Below, in pieces: positions 23,397-24,000 of a stretch of 24,000 bases of DNA. The notes under the pieces were generated by a model that ran no database searches, was not told the origin of the DNA, and worked only from the letters and a program-made list of their open reading frames with translations. A program made the position numbers and the translations under genes. Source of the DNA: Pseudomonadota bacterium (lineage in GTDB: Bacteria; Pseudomonadota; Alphaproteobacteria; Rhodobacterales; Rhodobacteraceae); assembly GCA_039819865.1 (NCBI GenBank), contig JBCBRF010000025.1, forward strand, positions 4,333 to 28,332, in the 5' to 3' direction. The number at the start of each line of letters is the position of its first letter. Positions within the stretch are counted from its first letter, which is position 1.

Positions 23397-23420
23397 ACGC
23401 AATGAACTTGCGTATGCAAG
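23397..23420. promoter_or_regulatory. Overlapping inverted repeats upstream of ccr; candidate operator
   Basis: ACGCAA (23397-23402) and TTGCGT (23408-23413) are separated by a 5-nt spacer. This overlaps CTTGCGTATGCAAG (23407-23420), which is a CTTGC-N4-GCAAG palindrome. The site lies 43-66 bp upstream of the ccr ATG in an AT-enriched stretch. Confidence 0.4.
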
Positions 23421-23535
23421 CGTCAAGTTAAAACATTCTGGCGCTATCTCAATTGATCGAGGCGACTAGGCCCCTGCGCGCGATGCATGTGCGACTTTTG
23501 CCGCGCCGCAATGCGAGCGATGGCCGGCTTCGGCG

Positions 23536-24000
23536 CTACGGTCGCGTGGGTGGGGGGTCCGCGGCGGGTTCAGATCCGTCCGACGCTCCCGATGCAGGCG
23601 ACGCGGCGCCGCCGACCCGCCCTACCGGTCGCCAGATACTCGCCAGCTGGTTGAACGCATAGGGGAAAAAGAAGGCGGCGGCGATCAGCGGGAACAGAAA
23701 CGTGTCGGAGATCATCTTCCCGACGCCCTTTTCACCCGCCGCCAGGCTTTCGAGGATCCAAAGGCCGAACGCGCTGAAATACGCGGCGAAACTGACGGCG
23801 CCGATGGCTCCAGCCATACGGCTGAAGCTGACCTTGCCCTCGCCCGCGCCGCCCGGCTCACAGGGCTCTCGCAATATCCCGCCCGCGTCGGAGGACCGGC
23901 CGAAAAGGATCGCCGATGCGACCGTTGCGAGGCCGATCACGAGAACGATGATGTACAGGACCGAGGGTCCGGCGCAGCAGCCCGTCTGGTCCTCGGTCAT
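23536..24000 (-). CDS. Small integral membrane protein, function unknown. The start coincides with the window edge and may lie further upstream.
   Basis: 154 aa with 3-4 hydrophobic segments (VLYIIVLVIGLATVASAILF, GAIGAVSFAAYFSAFGLWILESL, FLFPLIAAAFFFPYAF) and a Pro/Ala/Ser-rich tail. No family recognised. Confidence 0.55.
   Translation of the reverse strand: MTEDQTGCCAGPSVLYIIVLVIGLATVASAILFGRSSDAGGILREPCEPGGAGEGKVSFSRMAGAIGAVSFAAYFSAFGLWILESLAAGEKGVGKMISDTFLFPLIAAAFFFPYAFNQLASIWRPVGRVGGAASPASGASDGSEPAADPPPTRP

Overview
Very GC-rich segment (about 70% by eye, not computed) that looks alphaproteobacterial and chromosomal. I saw no rRNA, tRNA, CRISPR array, transposase or integrase.

Layout:
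- 1-10164, minus strand: one long, tightly packed gas-vesicle (gvp) operon. Gene order is gvpA, an Ala/Pro/Lys/Glu-rich HhH-tail protein, an unknown 163-aa protein, gvpN, a small coiled-coil GvpV-like protein, gvpO, gvpJ, an Hsp20/GvpH-like protein, gvpF, gvpG, an A-rich duplicated spacer, a 57-aa Arg-rich ORF, a CDC48-type double AAA+ ATPase, a GvpF/L protein with a C-terminal J-domain (HPD), and another GvpF/L that runs off the left edge.
- 10442-14839, plus strand, divergent from gvpA: a photoactive yellow protein operon. Gene order is tyrosine ammonia-lyase, unknown 131-aa ORF, pyp, unknown 170-aa ORF, p-coumarate ligase.
- 15095-24000: a NIT/PAS/HAMP methyl-accepting chemotaxis protein, a DUF1287 lipoprotein, an SLC13-type permease with two TrkA-C domains, a PAS-GGDEF diguanylate cyclase, crotonyl-CoA carboxylase/reductase (minus strand) and a small membrane protein (minus strand).

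Most interesting points:
1. The PYP photoreceptor operon sits back-to-back with gvpA and carries two uncharacterised ORFs bracketing pyp. These are candidate PYP partners.
2. A proteostasis set is embedded in the gvp operon: a CDC48-like unfoldase, a J-domain fused to GvpF/L, and an sHsp.
3. The coumarate ligase has an N-terminal segment that looks like a carrier protein, with a GADSL motif.

The many long Arg/Pro/Gly-rich ORFs in the six-frame track are shadow frames typical of high-GC DNA and were rejected.
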